Shown here: one piece after another, positions 52,951-63,752 of the stretch
Layout: every line of letters starts with the position of its first letter
Numbering within the stretch: position 1 is the first letter of the stretch
Assembly: GCA_946409545.1 (NCBI GenBank)
Contig: CAMJWT010000009.1
Coordinates: 4,194-68,193 of the forward strand
Reading direction: 5' to 3'
DNA length: 64,000 nt
From: an uncultured Clostridia bacterium
GTDB taxonomy: Bacteria > Bacillota_I > Bacilli_A > RF39 > UBA660
Position numbers and translations under genes: made by a program
Notes under the pieces: generated by a model
The model's database searches: none
What the model saw: only the letters and a program-made list of their open reading frames with translations
What the model was told of the DNA's origin: nothing

Positions 52951-53478
52951 TTATTTTGAACAGAAAATGGTATTACAAGTATCAAAAGAATTTAATAGTT
53001 CAATAATTCTTTTTTCAATTGCATCCATTTCACTATCTTCATAATTAGATTTTCTAGTAAACTTAATATTATATGGTTGAAAATCAACAACAAATTGATT
53101 TTCAAACTTTGTTAAATTTAAATAACCTTTACCACGAGAAAAATCTAAATTCATAACAATTTTCATATCTGATATATTATTTATTTTTCCTTCTCTATAT
53201 AAATTACTAAAAGACTCAAAATTTTTACAAGTTGTATAATCATGTGATAAAGAATTATCAATAGGTTTTCTTATAGTAATTTCAAAATTGGAATAATAAT
53301 TTTTATATTGATGTTCTTGAAATTCAGGTTTTAACTTTTCATTTCTTGCCTTTTCTTCTTCTGATATACTCATTAACCTATTAAAAACACCATCAAAGAA
53401 TTGAACAATAATGCCAATTTTATCAATAACAGGAACAATATTTGAATAATCATAAACATTATCAATTGCTTTTTCCAT
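52951..53478 (-). CDS. hypothetical cytoplasmic protein
   Basis: 175 aa with no recognisable motif. It lies 14 nt upstream of the 52010 gene, so the pair is probably a bicistronic unit. Confidence 0.35.
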   Translation of the reverse strand: MEKAIDNVYDYSNIVPVIDKIGIIVQFFDGVFNRLMSISEEEKARNEKLKPEFQEHQYKNYYSNFEITIRKPIDNSLSHDYTTCKNFESFSNLYREGKINNISDMKIVMNLDFSRGKGYLNLTKFENQFVVDFQPYNIKFTRKSNYEDSEMDAIEKRIIELLNSFDTCNTIFCSK

Positions 53479-53565
53479 ACACTCACCTACTATTTAAATA
53501 TATCATAATTTCAAACACCTTGTATACTTTATAATTATTTATAATATTTTTTATGTAAATAAAAA

Positions 53566-53586
53566 AACTAAGTTTTAAACTTAGTT
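53566..53586 (-). terminator. terminator after proS
   Basis: AACTAAGTTT-TA-AAACTTAGTT perfect inverted repeat lies 9 nt past the proS stop and is flanked by A- and T-runs. Confidence 0.55.
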
Positions 53587-53594
53587 CTTTTTTA

Positions 53595-55019
53595 TTAATA
53601 TTGGATGTCCCAATATACCATGTGTTTTGCAGGCTTACCACAACATACACAAACATCACTTATCCATTTTTCATTTTCAATAAGACAACGAGATTTACAT
53701 CCTCTTATTTCTTTTATCTTTTCTTCACAAGCAACATCACCACACCACATAGCTTTGGTAAATCCTGGATGATTTTCCATAATTTCTTTTAATTCATCCA
53801 TATTCTTGGCTGTAAAGGTAAGTTCATCACGTCTTTTTAGGGCACGATCATACATATCTTTTTGAATTGTTTCAAGTAATTCATTTACTTCTTTTACAAT
53901 ATCACTATCTTTTGATATATTTATTTTTTCACTTGTATCACGTCTTGTTAAAGTAATTTGATTAGCTTCAAAATCACGTTTACCAAATTCAATTCTAACT
54001 GGTATTCCATTTACTTCAGCTTCAGCGAATTTGAAACCTGGAGATTTTTCTGTTTTATCAACATAACAAGTAATATCATTCTTGTTTAATAATTCACATA
54101 AAGTATCCGCGTAATTTTTTATTTCTTCATCAGTTCCAATTGGAATTATAACAGCTTTACGTGGAGCAATTCTTGGTGGTAATACTAAACCTTTATCATC
54201 AGAATGAACCATAATTAATTCACCAATCATTCTTGTTGTTGTACCCCATGATGTTTGATAAACATAATCTAGTTTATTTTCTCTGTTTTGGAATTTAATA
54301 TCATATGCTTTACTAAATTTTTGACCAAAATAATGACTTGTTCCACATTGAAGAGCTACACCATTATACATTAAAGATTCATTAGTTAAAGTATACTCTG
54401 CTCCAGCGAATTTCTCTTTTTCGGTTTTTCTTCCTGTTATAGATGGTATTGCAAGTATTTCATGATGAAACCACTCATAAACATCCATCATCTTTTTTGT
54501 TTCTTCTTCGGCTTCTTCTTGTGTTTCATGAATTGTATGACCTTCTTGCCATAAGAATTCTCTACTTCTTAAGAATGGTCTTGTTTCTTTTTCCCAACGA
54601 AGAACGTTACACCATTGATTAAATAGCATAGGAAGATCTCTATATGTTTTAACGGCATCATGATAATAATCACTAAATAATGTTTCACTAGTTGGTCTTA
54701 TACATAATCTTTCCGTTAAATCTTTTTGACCACCTTGTGTAACCCAAGCTACTTCAGGAGCAAATCCTTCTACTAGTTCTCCTTCTTTTTTCATAAGATT
54801 CTCAGGAATTAGTACTGGCATTTGAACATTAACATGACCTAACTCCTTAAATTTCTTATCTAATACTTCTTGCATTTTTTCCCAAATCGCATAGCCATTC
54901 GGAAGGATAGCAATACACCCCTTTACATTTGTGTAACTAGCAAGCTTTGCAGCACTAACTACATCAGTGTACCATTGCGCGAAATCAACATCACGACTAG
55001 TTATTTTTTCATTTGCCAT
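53595..55019 (-). CDS. proS: proline--tRNA ligase, archaeal/eukaryotic-type (class II, C-terminal Zn-binding domain)
   Basis: MANEKITSRDVDFAQWYTDVV is present. The C-terminus carries Cys residues and ends in Tyr (WDIQY), which is typical of archaeal-type ProRS. The start is set at the internal ATG with AGGAGAGG 5 nt upstream. Confidence 0.88.
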   Translation of the reverse strand: MANEKITSRDVDFAQWYTDVVSAAKLASYTNVKGCIAILPNGYAIWEKMQEVLDKKFKELGHVNVQMPVLIPENLMKKEGELVEGFAPEVAWVTQGGQKDLTERLCIRPTSETLFSDYYHDAVKTYRDLPMLFNQWCNVLRWEKETRPFLRSREFLWQEGHTIHETQEEAEEETKKMMDVYEWFHHEILAIPSITGRKTEKEKFAGAEYTLTNESLMYNGVALQCGTSHYFGQKFSKAYDIKFQNRENKLDYVYQTSWGTTTRMIGELIMVHSDDKGLVLPPRIAPRKAVIIPIGTDEEIKNYADTLCELLNKNDITCYVDKTEKSPGFKFAEAEVNGIPVRIEFGKRDFEANQITLTRRDTSEKINISKDSDIVKEVNELLETIQKDMYDRALKRRDELTFTAKNMDELKEIMENHPGFTKAMWCGDVACEEKIKEIRGCKSRCLIENEKWISDVCVCCGKPAKHMVYWDIQY

Positions 55020-55260
55020 ATTTATCCTCTCCTTTCTGGCAATAAAAAAGAGATAGTAGGAGTCCAAAGACGTTACCATCCCTTATTTAACTTATTTTAT
55101 ATAACGGTTTCCCGGCCCTTTTCGAATTACTCTTAGAGGCTCTCAGAAGACAGGAGTTATAATTTTTGTTAACTTATTTTCACTATCCTAAGCTCACTAA
55201 TAACAAAACTTTTATAACATTTCTTCATCATTGATTTATACATATAATTTAACACTAATA
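55020..55260 (-). promoter_or_regulatory. putative T-box leader upstream of proS
   Basis: The minus-strand leader contains AAUAAGGGAUGGUAACG, which is close to the T-box consensus AAUUAGGGUGGUACCGCG. It is followed by a U-run and by a possible RBS-sequestering pairing UAUCUCUUUUUU/AAAGGAGAGG. A CCU (Pro) triplet lies in the upstream region. Length is about 245 nt. Confidence 0.5.
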
Positions 55261-55265
55261 TGTTA

Positions 55266-56546
55266 TTATTTCAAGTTTTTCTTTAAGAATTTAACTAATT
55301 CATCAGTAGTGAAAGTATATTCTTCTTTTTTAATCATATCTTTAATTTTATAATTACCACTACTTACTTCATCATTACCAATAATCATTACAAAGGGAAT
55401 ATTATTACGTTCTGCATATTCAAAACACTTACCTACTTTTCGTTTATTCATTTCGATAAGAACACGACATCCAATTTCACGAAGTGATGTTGCAAGACGT
55501 AATGTATCAATACTTGTATCAAGTGGTACCATATAAATATCACTTATTGGTTCATCTTTCATTTCTTCTTTTAAAATTACATAAATTGGTTCAAGACCAA
55601 AACTTAATCCTACTGCTGGATACTCTTGGCCATTATCCATAAAGTTTGTAATAATTTTATTGTATCTTCCACCAGCTCCGATAGCGCAAGTTAGTCTTTC
55701 TTTCTTATCATAGAATTCAAATACTAATCCCGTATAAATAGATAAACCACGAGCTAAAGTACTAGTGAATCTGCAATCATCTAAGATACCTAATTCTTTT
55801 AAATAAGTATTTAATTCAATAATTTCTTCTACACCTTCGCGAATTAAATCATTCTTCTCACCAAGTTTTTCATAATCACTTAGTTTCTTTTCAAATAGAT
55901 CTAATAATTTATCGATTTTTTCACCAGGAATTAAAGCTTCACTTAACATACTTATTAATTCTTCACGAGATACTTTTTCTTTTTTATCAATAATACCAAT
56001 AACCGTATTAATTTTATCTTCATCAATACCTGCTTCAACAATAAGTCCACTCATTAATTTACGATTATTATATTTGATATAAATATCGATTCCAAGAGCT
56101 TTATAAGTATTAACAGCCATAACCATTTGTTCTGCTTCAATATATCGATTATCAATACCTACAACATCAACATCACATTGATAAAATTCTCTTGTTCTTC
56201 CAAGTTTAACCGGACCATTTCTAAATACCCTTCCTATTTCATATCTTCTAAATGGCATTTGAAGGTCTTTATTTAATCCTACAACCTTACAGAATGGAAC
56301 AGTAAGATCATAACGAAGTCCAAGATTTCGATCTCCTTGATCCGTTAATTTATATATTTCATTTAATATTTCTGCATCATCATCATACTTATAACTTAAT
56401 AAGTCATAATAATTTAACATTGGTGTCTCAATTGGTAAATAACCATATTTTTCAAAATTTCGACGTAATACATCCGTAATCTTATTTCTAATCATCATGT
56501 CTTTTGGCATATAGTCAAAAGTACCTTTAACATTCATTAATTTCAT
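55266..56546 (-). CDS. hisS: histidine--tRNA ligase
   Basis: The class II motifs KGTFDYMP, FRYERPQ-like (FRNGPVKLGRTREFYQCDVD) and the anticodon-binding C-terminus are present. Confidence 0.9.
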   Translation of the reverse strand: MKLMNVKGTFDYMPKDMMIRNKITDVLRRNFEKYGYLPIETPMLNYYDLLSYKYDDDAEILNEIYKLTDQGDRNLGLRYDLTVPFCKVVGLNKDLQMPFRRYEIGRVFRNGPVKLGRTREFYQCDVDVVGIDNRYIEAEQMVMAVNTYKALGIDIYIKYNNRKLMSGLIVEAGIDEDKINTVIGIIDKKEKVSREELISMLSEALIPGEKIDKLLDLFEKKLSDYEKLGEKNDLIREGVEEIIELNTYLKELGILDDCRFTSTLARGLSIYTGLVFEFYDKKERLTCAIGAGGRYNKIITNFMDNGQEYPAVGLSFGLEPIYVILKEEMKDEPISDIYMVPLDTSIDTLRLATSLREIGCRVLIEMNKRKVGKCFEYAERNNIPFVMIIGNDEVSSGNYKIKDMIKKEEYTFTTDELVKFLKKNLK

Positions 56547-56656
56547 AATAATCCTCCTTTTAAATAAATGAATATACTATGAAATTTTGATGCCGAAAGA
56601 TTAATTTTTGCATATTCTCACCACATTTCAAAGTTATTTTAACACAACATAAAAAA

Positions 56657-56677
56657 AGAAGCAATTATCTTGCTTCT
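56657..56677 (-). terminator. terminator after rny
   Basis: AGAAGCAA-TTATC-TTGCTTCT overlaps the rny stop, with an A-run on the plus side. Confidence 0.5.
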
Positions 56678-58248
56678 TCTGTTGCACGAGTTTCACGAAC
56701 AACCGTGATTTTTATTGTACCTGGATATTGCATTGTACTTTCAATCTTCTCTTTAATTTCACGAGCAATTTGAATACTCTTTAAATCATCAATTTCTTCA
56801 GGTTTAACAATAACACGTAATTCACGACCTGCTTGAACAGCAAATGTTTTATCAATTCCATCAATATCATTAGCAACTTGTTCAAGTTGTTCAAGTCTCT
56901 TAATATAGTTTTCTAATGAATCATTTCTTGCACCAGGGCGAGATGCAGATAAAGCATCCGCAATAGCAACAATAACGCTTATTACACTTGTTGCCTCTGT
57001 GTCACCATGATGAGATGCAATAGCATTCAAAACAACTGGATGTTCATGATATTTTTTAGCAATATCTAAACCAATCTCAACATGACTTCCTTCAATTTCA
57101 TGATCAATAGCTTTACCAATATCATGTAATAAACCAGCTCTTTTAGCTAAGTTAACATTTTCACCAAGTTCACCAGCAATAATACCTGATAAATGACCTA
57201 CTTCAATCGAATGTTCTAAAGCATTTTGGCCATAACTTGTTCTAAAATGTAATTTACCAACTAATTCAATTAAGGCTGGATCCATTTTTGTAATACCAAG
57301 TTCAAATAAGGCATTATTACCATATTCGATAATCTTTTCATTAATTTCTTTACTTGTCTTATCATATAACTCTTCAATCTTTGTTGGATGAATACGTCCA
57401 TCTTTAACTAATGCTTCAAGAGTTACTCTTGCGATTTCACGACGTAGAGGATCAAAACTAGATAGTACGACTGCTTCTGGAGTATCATCAATAATTAAAT
57501 CAACACCAGTTACGGCTTCAATTGTTCTAATATTACGTCCCTCTCGACCAATTAATCTTCCTTTCATTTCATCATTTGGAAGGTTAACTACCGTTACCGT
57601 TTCTTGAGATGCAATATCACTAGAGAATTTTTGCATAGATGAAACTAACAATTCACGAGCTTTTTTATCACACTCTAATTTAGCTTCATTTTCCCTATCT
57701 TTAATATAACTTGCAATCTCTTTAGTCATGGTTTCTTTAACTTTATCCATAACCATTTTTTGTGCTTCTTCTTTGCTAATTCCTGAAATTTCATTCAAGA
57801 CTTTAATTTGTTCTTGTTTAATCTCCTCAACTTTTGCTTTTTCTTCTTGTAATTGTGTTTGTTTATCAATTATTTTAGATTCACGTTCATCAAGAGCTTC
57901 TTCTCTCTTTTGAAATAATAAATCACGTTTATCAATATTATCCTCTCTTTGAGATAATCTTGATTCTAAATCTTTAATTTCTTGTTTTCTTTCGCGATTT
58001 TCTTTTTCTGATTCCATTTTTAATTTGTGAATTTCTTCTTTGGCTTCAAGGATCATTTCTCTTTTAGCTTTTTCGCCATCTTTTCTTGCCTTTTCAAGAA
58101 TAGATTCACTTTTTTTATTAGCTCTTGCGCCACGAATTACATTAATAATTAGCATTACTACAATACCAACTACTAATCCAATGACTAAAAACAAAATAGG
58201 AGGTAGTCCAGATCCACTAGGATTTGGCCCTGTTTCTAATACAAACAT
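56665..58248 (-). CDS. rny: ribonuclease Y
   Basis: An N-terminal TM, a coiled-coil, a KH domain ([18 protein letters not shown]) and an HD domain (HSIEVGHL...LHDIGK) are present. Confidence 0.9.
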   Translation of the reverse strand: MFVLETGPNPSGSGLPPILFLVIGLVVGIVVMLIINVIRGARANKKSESILEKARKDGEKAKREMILEAKEEIHKLKMESEKENRERKQEIKDLESRLSQREDNIDKRDLLFQKREEALDERESKIIDKQTQLQEEKAKVEEIKQEQIKVLNEISGISKEEAQKMVMDKVKETMTKEIASYIKDRENEAKLECDKKARELLVSSMQKFSSDIASQETVTVVNLPNDEMKGRLIGREGRNIRTIEAVTGVDLIIDDTPEAVVLSSFDPLRREIARVTLEALVKDGRIHPTKIEELYDKTSKEINEKIIEYGNNALFELGITKMDPALIELVGKLHFRTSYGQNALEHSIEVGHLSGIIAGELGENVNLAKRAGLLHDIGKAIDHEIEGSHVEIGLDIAKKYHEHPVVLNAIASHHGDTEATSVISVIVAIADALSASRPGARNDSLENYIKRLEQLEQVANDIDGIDKTFAVQAGRELRVIVKPEEIDDLKSIQIAREIKEKIESTMQYPGTIKITVVRETRATEEAR

Positions 58249-58489
58249 TTTATCTCCTTCTGGTATTTTTCTTAAATTTAATAAGCTATCCCCATAATAC
58301 CATGGTTAAGTACTATGAATTATTAACATCTATTTAAATTATATTAAAACTATTAAAAATACATACAACACTTTAATTGTAGATTTTAATTAATTCCTTG
58401 TCAATTACTTTAACAAAAATATAGCCCAATTTTGACATTTTAGTAGATTTTTATTTTCCTATATATTATAATTTAATATAGGTGATTTT

Positions 58490-59056
58490 ATGAATTACCC
58501 TCAGGGAATAAAAAAAGGTAACAGGATACCGACAGTTAAAAATATCGACTATAAAAATCGAGGTATGAATTTAGAAGAAGATTTAAATAATACCAACAAT
58601 TATTATATCGAGAAAGGTATCGCTTATATTTATAAAAAACCTACTCCTATTAAATTAGTTAAAGTTGATTATAAAATAGCTAAAATAACAGAAGCATATT
58701 TTGAAAGTCCATCAACAACTGATTATAATGGAATATATAAAGGATATTATATTGATTTTGAAGCAAAAGAAACCAATAATAGTAAAGGATTCCCTTTAAT
58801 CAATATTCATAGTCATCAAATTAAACATATAAGAAATATTGATAAAGAGAAAGGTATATGTTTTTTAATAGTTAGATTTAATAAATTAAATGAGACTTAT
58901 TTATTAATGTCTAACGATTTTATTAATTTTATTGATAATAATGATAAAAAAGTTATTCCTATAACCTACTTTAAAGAAAAAGGATATTTAATTAAAGATA
59001 AATTTATCCCAAGAGTAGATTATTTAGAAATAATCAAGAAGTTATTGGAGGTATAA
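58490..59056 (+). CDS. recU: Holliday junction resolvase RecU
   Basis: NRGMNLEEDLNNTNNYY...IYKKPTPIKLVKVDY...DYNGIYKGYYIDFEAKET closely resembles B. subtilis RecU. The gene sits in the classic recU-ponA arrangement. Confidence 0.88.
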   Translation: MNYPQGIKKGNRIPTVKNIDYKNRGMNLEEDLNNTNNYYIEKGIAYIYKKPTPIKLVKVDYKIAKITEAYFESPSTTDYNGIYKGYYIDFEAKETNNSKGFPLINIHSHQIKHIRNIDKEKGICFLIVRFNKLNETYLLMSNDFINFIDNNDKKVIPITYFKEKGYLIKDKFIPRVDYLEIIKKLLEV

Positions 59057-59057
59057 A

Positions 59058-61991
59058 ATGGAAAAGAAAAAAATAATAAAGAAAAAGCCTAACAATCAAG
59101 AGATTAAAAAAATTGAAACCAAACCAAATATTACTATTCCTAAAAGACCTAAAGAATCTAGAGGAATAAAAACAAGTACAATAGTTACAATTGTAATTGA
59201 TATTATATTATTAGTTGGTACATTTGTTGGTTTCTATCATTTCTTTGATAAAGTAACAGCCTTAATTATAACAGGACTATTATTCTTTATTTTATTAATA
59301 GGAGCTTATCTAGATAAGCCAAAGAAAACATCAAAAGTAAGAAGAGTTTTTAAAGTATTATTCACAATCTTCTTAACAATATGTTTAATAGGAGTCCTCG
59401 CCGTCTGTGCATTCTTTGGATACATTGTTAAAAATGCTCCATCTTTTGAAAAAGAGTTACTTAAAGAAAAAGAAGCAACGATTATTTATGATAAAGATGG
59501 TAATGAATATGCCAAAATTGGTACAGATATAAGAGAAAATATTGAATATCCACAATTAAGTGAACAATTTGTTGATGCTTTAATAGCTACTGAAGATTCT
59601 CGTTTCTTCCAACACAACGGATTTGACTTAATGCGTTTCGTTAAAGCGGCTGGTGGTCAATTAGTTAAAAAACTATTAGGTGGCTCTGATAATGCTGGTG
59701 GTGGTTCAACATTAACAATGCAAGTTGTTAAAAATACCTTCACTAGTTCAGAAGATGAAGGTATCAAAGGTATTATCCGTAAGTTTACTGATATTTATAT
59801 ATCTATTTTCCAACTTGAAAAAAATTATACTAAAGAACAAATTATTGAATTTTATGTTAATAACCATGAATTAATTGGTAATATTGGTGGTATCCAAGAA
59901 GGAAGTCGTTTCTTATTTAACAAAGATGCTAAAGACTTAACACTTCCAGAAGCAGCTCTTGTTGCAGGACTTTATCAAGCACCAACTTACTATAATCCAT
60001 ATAATAATCCAGAACGTGCAGAAAAACGTCGTGAAACGGTATTAAACTTAATGGTAAGACACCATTATATTACAAAAGAAGAACGTGAACTAGCAATGTC
60101 TGTTCCCGTTGAAAGTTTATTAAATCAAAATCATGCTAATACAAACGTATATCAAGGATTTATTGATTTAGTTTGTGAAGAAGTTAAAAAACGTTGGGGA
60201 GTTGATCCTTATCAAGTTCCTCTACTAATTAATACGACAATGGATCGTAAGGTTCAAGATGGTATTAATGATATTATGAGTGGTAAAACATATAAATGGA
60301 AAGATGATAAGATTCAAGGTGGTATCGCTGTTATTAATTCTACTAATGGTCAAATTAAAGCTGTTGGTACAGGACGTAACAGAAATGGTGCTAAGAGTTA
60401 CTCTTATGCAACATTTGATAAAGATACTTTAAGACAAATTGGATCTACCGCAAAACCATTATTCGATTATGGACCAGGTATCGAATATAATAACTGGTCA
60501 ACGGCAAAGATTTTTGATGATTCTGCTTACACTTATTCTGGTGGTCGAGCAATCCATAACTATGATGGAGTATATAAAGGAAAAATAACATTAAGATATG
60601 CTTTACTTGATTCAAGAAATATTCCTGCTCTTAAAGCATTCCAACAAGTTGATAATAAAAAGATTGTTGAATTAGTTACAACCGTAGGAATTACTCCTGA
60701 AATAGATAAAAATGGATATATCCATGAAGCTCATGCAATTGGAGCCTTCACAGGTTCAAGTCCACTTGTTATGGCAGGAGCATATCAAATATTTAGTAAT
60801 GGTGGATATTTCTTTGAACCATTCTCTGTTACAAAGATAACATTTAGAGATACTGGTGAATCTGATGAATATACATCAAAGAAAATAAAAGTAATTAGTG
60901 ATTCTACAGCATGGATGATAACAGACGTTCTAAAAGATGTTACAAATAGTAGTAGTCGATTTAGACCAAAATTATCAGATGATATTGTGGCAATCAAAAC
61001 CGGAACAACAAACTTCGATTCAGCTACTAAGAAGAAATTCAAATTAAAAGATTATGCTATCCGTGATTATTGGGTAGATGGTTATACCAAAGATACCGTT
61101 ATTAGTGTATGGATGGGATACGATAAAATAAGTAATAAGAATTATTTAAACTTTAATAGTGATGGTTGGAGACGTGATGGCTTGTTTGTTGCCGCTGCTA
61201 AAGTTTCATTTAGTCATAAAAAGAGTGATTGGTCACGCCCAAAAGCTGTCGTTCCCGTCACTGTTGAAAAAGGAAGCGACCCTCCAAAGTTACCATCTAA
61301 TAACACACCTGGAGATCAAAAAATAACCGAGTACTTTAAAGCAGGAACTGAACCAACAGAGGTATCAACGAAATATCTATCTTCGCTTAATCCTACTGGC
61401 CTAACGGGAACAATGAGAAGTGACAATTCTGTTCTATTGTCTTGGAACCCTGTTGCAAACCCTGGATATCAAGAAGATTTAACATTTGGATATTTAATCT
61501 TCTATAATGGAACGCAAATAGACTTTACAACAAATACAACATATATTGTTACGAATGGTTCAGTTGGTACATATACTGTTAAATCAGGATATAAATCAAA
61601 AGATGGAAAATCTTATAAAAATACAAGTACTGGTACAAGCGTTAAAGTTGAAACAAGTATTACAGCTAAACTTACTGGAAGTAGTTATTCTTCTTATAAT
61701 GTTGGTGATTATATACCATCATCCCTATATGATGGATCAATGGTATATGTATCCAATAATATTACTGGAGAAAATGTTACAAGCCAGGCTAAGATAACAA
61801 AATCGATTACAGATAAAAATGGTAATACCGTATCAACGGTAACATCTAGTGCAGCAAATACATATAAGGTTACTTACAAAATTGAATATAATGGTAAAAC
61901 AGAATATCTATCGAACACAATTGAAATTAAGGGAAATACACCTCCACCTCAAGAGGAGCCAGAAGAAGAACCCCCTGAAAATACAGATTAA
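59058..61991 (+). CDS. ponA: penicillin-binding protein 1A (bifunctional glycosyltransferase/transpeptidase) with C-terminal FnIII-like domain
   Basis: The GT51 motifs ATEDSRFFQHNGFD and RKF are present, plus transpeptidase motifs STAKP (SxxK), SRN-like and KTGT. The C-terminus reads SWNPVANPG...TYTV (Fn3-like) with a PPPQEEPEEEPPE tail. Confidence 0.9.
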   Translation: MEKKKIIKKKPNNQEIKKIETKPNITIPKRPKESRGIKTSTIVTIVIDIILLVGTFVGFYHFFDKVTALIITGLLFFILLIGAYLDKPKKTSKVRRVFKVLFTIFLTICLIGVLAVCAFFGYIVKNAPSFEKELLKEKEATIIYDKDGNEYAKIGTDIRENIEYPQLSEQFVDALIATEDSRFFQHNGFDLMRFVKAAGGQLVKKLLGGSDNAGGGSTLTMQVVKNTFTSSEDEGIKGIIRKFTDIYISIFQLEKNYTKEQIIEFYVNNHELIGNIGGIQEGSRFLFNKDAKDLTLPEAALVAGLYQAPTYYNPYNNPERAEKRRETVLNLMVRHHYITKEERELAMSVPVESLLNQNHANTNVYQGFIDLVCEEVKKRWGVDPYQVPLLINTTMDRKVQDGINDIMSGKTYKWKDDKIQGGIAVINSTNGQIKAVGTGRNRNGAKSYSYATFDKDTLRQIGSTAKPLFDYGPGIEYNNWSTAKIFDDSAYTYSGGRAIHNYDGVYKGKITLRYALLDSRNIPALKAFQQVDNKKIVELVTTVGITPEIDKNGYIHEAHAIGAFTGSSPLVMAGAYQIFSNGGYFFEPFSVTKITFRDTGESDEYTSKKIKVISDSTAWMITDVLKDVTNSSSRFRPKLSDDIVAIKTGTTNFDSATKKKFKLKDYAIRDYWVDGYTKDTVISVWMGYDKISNKNYLNFNSDGWRRDGLFVAAAKVSFSHKKSDWSRPKAVVPVTVEKGSDPPKLPSNNTPGDQKITEYFKAGTEPTEVSTKYLSSLNPTGLTGTMRSDNSVLLSWNPVANPGYQEDLTFGYLIFYNGTQIDFTTNTTYIVTNGSVGTYTVKSGYKSKDGKSYKNTSTGTSVKVETSITAKLTGSSYSSYNVGDYIPSSLYDGSMVYVSNNITGENVTSQAKITKSITDKNGNTVSTVTSSAANTYKVTYKIEYNGKTEYLSNTIEIKGNTPPPQEEPEEEPPENTD

Positions 61992-61995
61992 AAAA

Positions 61996-62017
61996 AAAGG
62001 AAATTTATATTTCCTTT
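61996..62017. terminator. bidirectional terminator after ponA (+) / 62019 gene (-)
   Basis: AAAGGAAAT-TTAT-ATTTCCTTT flanked by A8 and T6. Confidence 0.55.
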
Positions 62018-62018
62018 T

Positions 62019-62591
62019 TTATTTGTGATTTTTTTTAAGATAAATAATATCTTTAATTAATCTACACATCATTTTAATTGAAGTAACTGATATTAAGGGA
62101 AAATTAATATCAAATAAAGCAATATCACGAGGAGCAAAATAATCATGAATAGTAACCATTCTTTTACGAATTCCCATAACTTGTAATAATTTAAAGTCTT
62201 TATAAGTTGGCACTTTTCTTTTTTCATATACACGATGACAAAAATATAATTTGCAAGCAACGTTATGCGAAGGACATCCATTACTTCTTACATGAGGGCA
62301 AATACGGCAACAACCATTTTTTAGACCAGCCATACAATAACCATTAGAATCAAACTCACAAATATTCTCATAATTAAAATATTCATCTATCTCTTTACAA
62401 ACTTCATCAAAAATATATGTATTACGTTTACTCTTTCTTTTAATATTTAAAGCATGAATCTCTTTTTCAATACGTTTATCATCAGATTTAAACTTTACAA
62501 AAGAAAAAAAGTAAGAACGGTATATAAATAATCTTCGATAGAATTTCTTTAAATCTTTATCATTTTTAATAACTATATTCATAGACATCAC
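62019..62591 (-). CDS. Cys-rich hypothetical protein (possible YkgJ-like Zn/Fe-chelating cluster)
   Basis: 190 aa. The motif CEFDSNGYCMAGLKNGCCRICPHVRSNGCPSHNVACKLYFCHRV contains nine Cys and a CC pair. Confidence 0.35.
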   Translation of the reverse strand: MMSMNIVIKNDKDLKKFYRRLFIYRSYFFSFVKFKSDDKRIEKEIHALNIKRKSKRNTYIFDEVCKEIDEYFNYENICEFDSNGYCMAGLKNGCCRICPHVRSNGCPSHNVACKLYFCHRVYEKRKVPTYKDFKLLQVMGIRKRMVTIHDYFAPRDIALFDINFPLISVTSIKMMCRLIKDIIYLKKNHK

Positions 62592-62661
62592 TTCCCTATT
62601 ATAACAAATTTATAATTAAAGATAAACTTTAGATAAAATCATGTTATAATAAAATACGAGG

Positions 62662-63744
62662 ATGGTGAAAATGAGTAATACTAAAGGCGAAGCAATGGGA
62701 ACGAAATGTCCTGCTTGTGGAGCATCAATCGATTTTGATCCTAAAGCTAGTAAATGGAAATGTAAATATTGTTTTAGTGAATTCACACTAGAAGAAATGG
62801 AAAAAGTTACTAGTGGATCAGCATCAGAAGAAAAAAACAAGAAAAAAGAAGTAACAAAAGAAAATGTTGATTATTACACATATAATTGCCAAAGTTGTGG
62901 AGCAGAAATCATCGCTGATAATGAAACTGCAGCAACATTCTGTGTATATTGTGGTAATACAACAATTTTAAGAAATAAATTAGATGGTGATTTTAAACCA
63001 GATTATGTTATACCATTTAAGACGGAAAAGAAAGAAGCTGAAGAGGCCTTTAAATCACTTTCTAAAGGACGAATGTTTGTTCCAAAGGATTTTACTAAAC
63101 AAGAAAATATTGAAAAGATAAGAGGTATTTATATACCATTCTGGCTATATGATTTTGATGCCTTTGGTGATATCTCAGGAACCGCTACTAAAATACAATC
63201 ATGGACAACAGGAAATACCCAATATACTAAGACTGATTATTATAATGTTGAAAGAGCAGCAAGTATGAGTTTTAGTAAAGTACCGGTTGATGGATCAACA
63301 AGATTTGATAATGATATTATGGATACTATTCAACCATATAATTACAACGAATTACAAAAATATAATCATGCTTATCTATCAGGCTTTTATGCAGAACGAT
63401 ATGATCAAGATAAAGATGAATTACAAAACATTTCAGAAGGACGCGTAAAAAAATCAGTTGAAATGGAACTTGAAAATGATATTAAAGGTTATGCCACTAA
63501 AAATATTAAACAAAAAAATATTAATTCGAAGTTAACAAATGTTAAATACGCTCTACTTCCAGTATGGATGGTAAATGTTAAATATAAAGATAAACAATAT
63601 TTATTCGCAATGAATGGACAAAATGGTAAATTTATAGGAGACATTCCATTAGATAAAACAAAAGTAACCATTTATACTATTTTATGTTTTGTTATTATTG
63701 CATTAATTGTATTAGGAATAAGTTACCTAATATTTAAGTTATAG
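62662..63744 (+). CDS. double zinc-ribbon protein with C-terminal transmembrane anchor
   Basis: Two ribbons (CPACG...CKYC and CQSCG...CVYCG) are followed by a globular domain of about 230 aa and a terminal TM (IYTILCFVIIALIVLGISYLIF). Confidence 0.5.
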   Translation: MVKMSNTKGEAMGTKCPACGASIDFDPKASKWKCKYCFSEFTLEEMEKVTSGSASEEKNKKKEVTKENVDYYTYNCQSCGAEIIADNETAATFCVYCGNTTILRNKLDGDFKPDYVIPFKTEKKEAEEAFKSLSKGRMFVPKDFTKQENIEKIRGIYIPFWLYDFDAFGDISGTATKIQSWTTGNTQYTKTDYYNVERAASMSFSKVPVDGSTRFDNDIMDTIQPYNYNELQKYNHAYLSGFYAERYDQDKDELQNISEGRVKKSVEMELENDIKGYATKNIKQKNINSKLTNVKYALLPVWMVNVKYKDKQYLFAMNGQNGKFIGDIPLDKTKVTIYTILCFVIIALIVLGISYLIFKL

Positions 63745-63752
63745 GAGGACAC

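Noticed and set aside
56547-56664. Possible T-box leader upstream of hisS
   Set aside because: The intergenic region is only about 110 nt and is occupied by the rny terminator hairpin and RBS. No T-box consensus is present.
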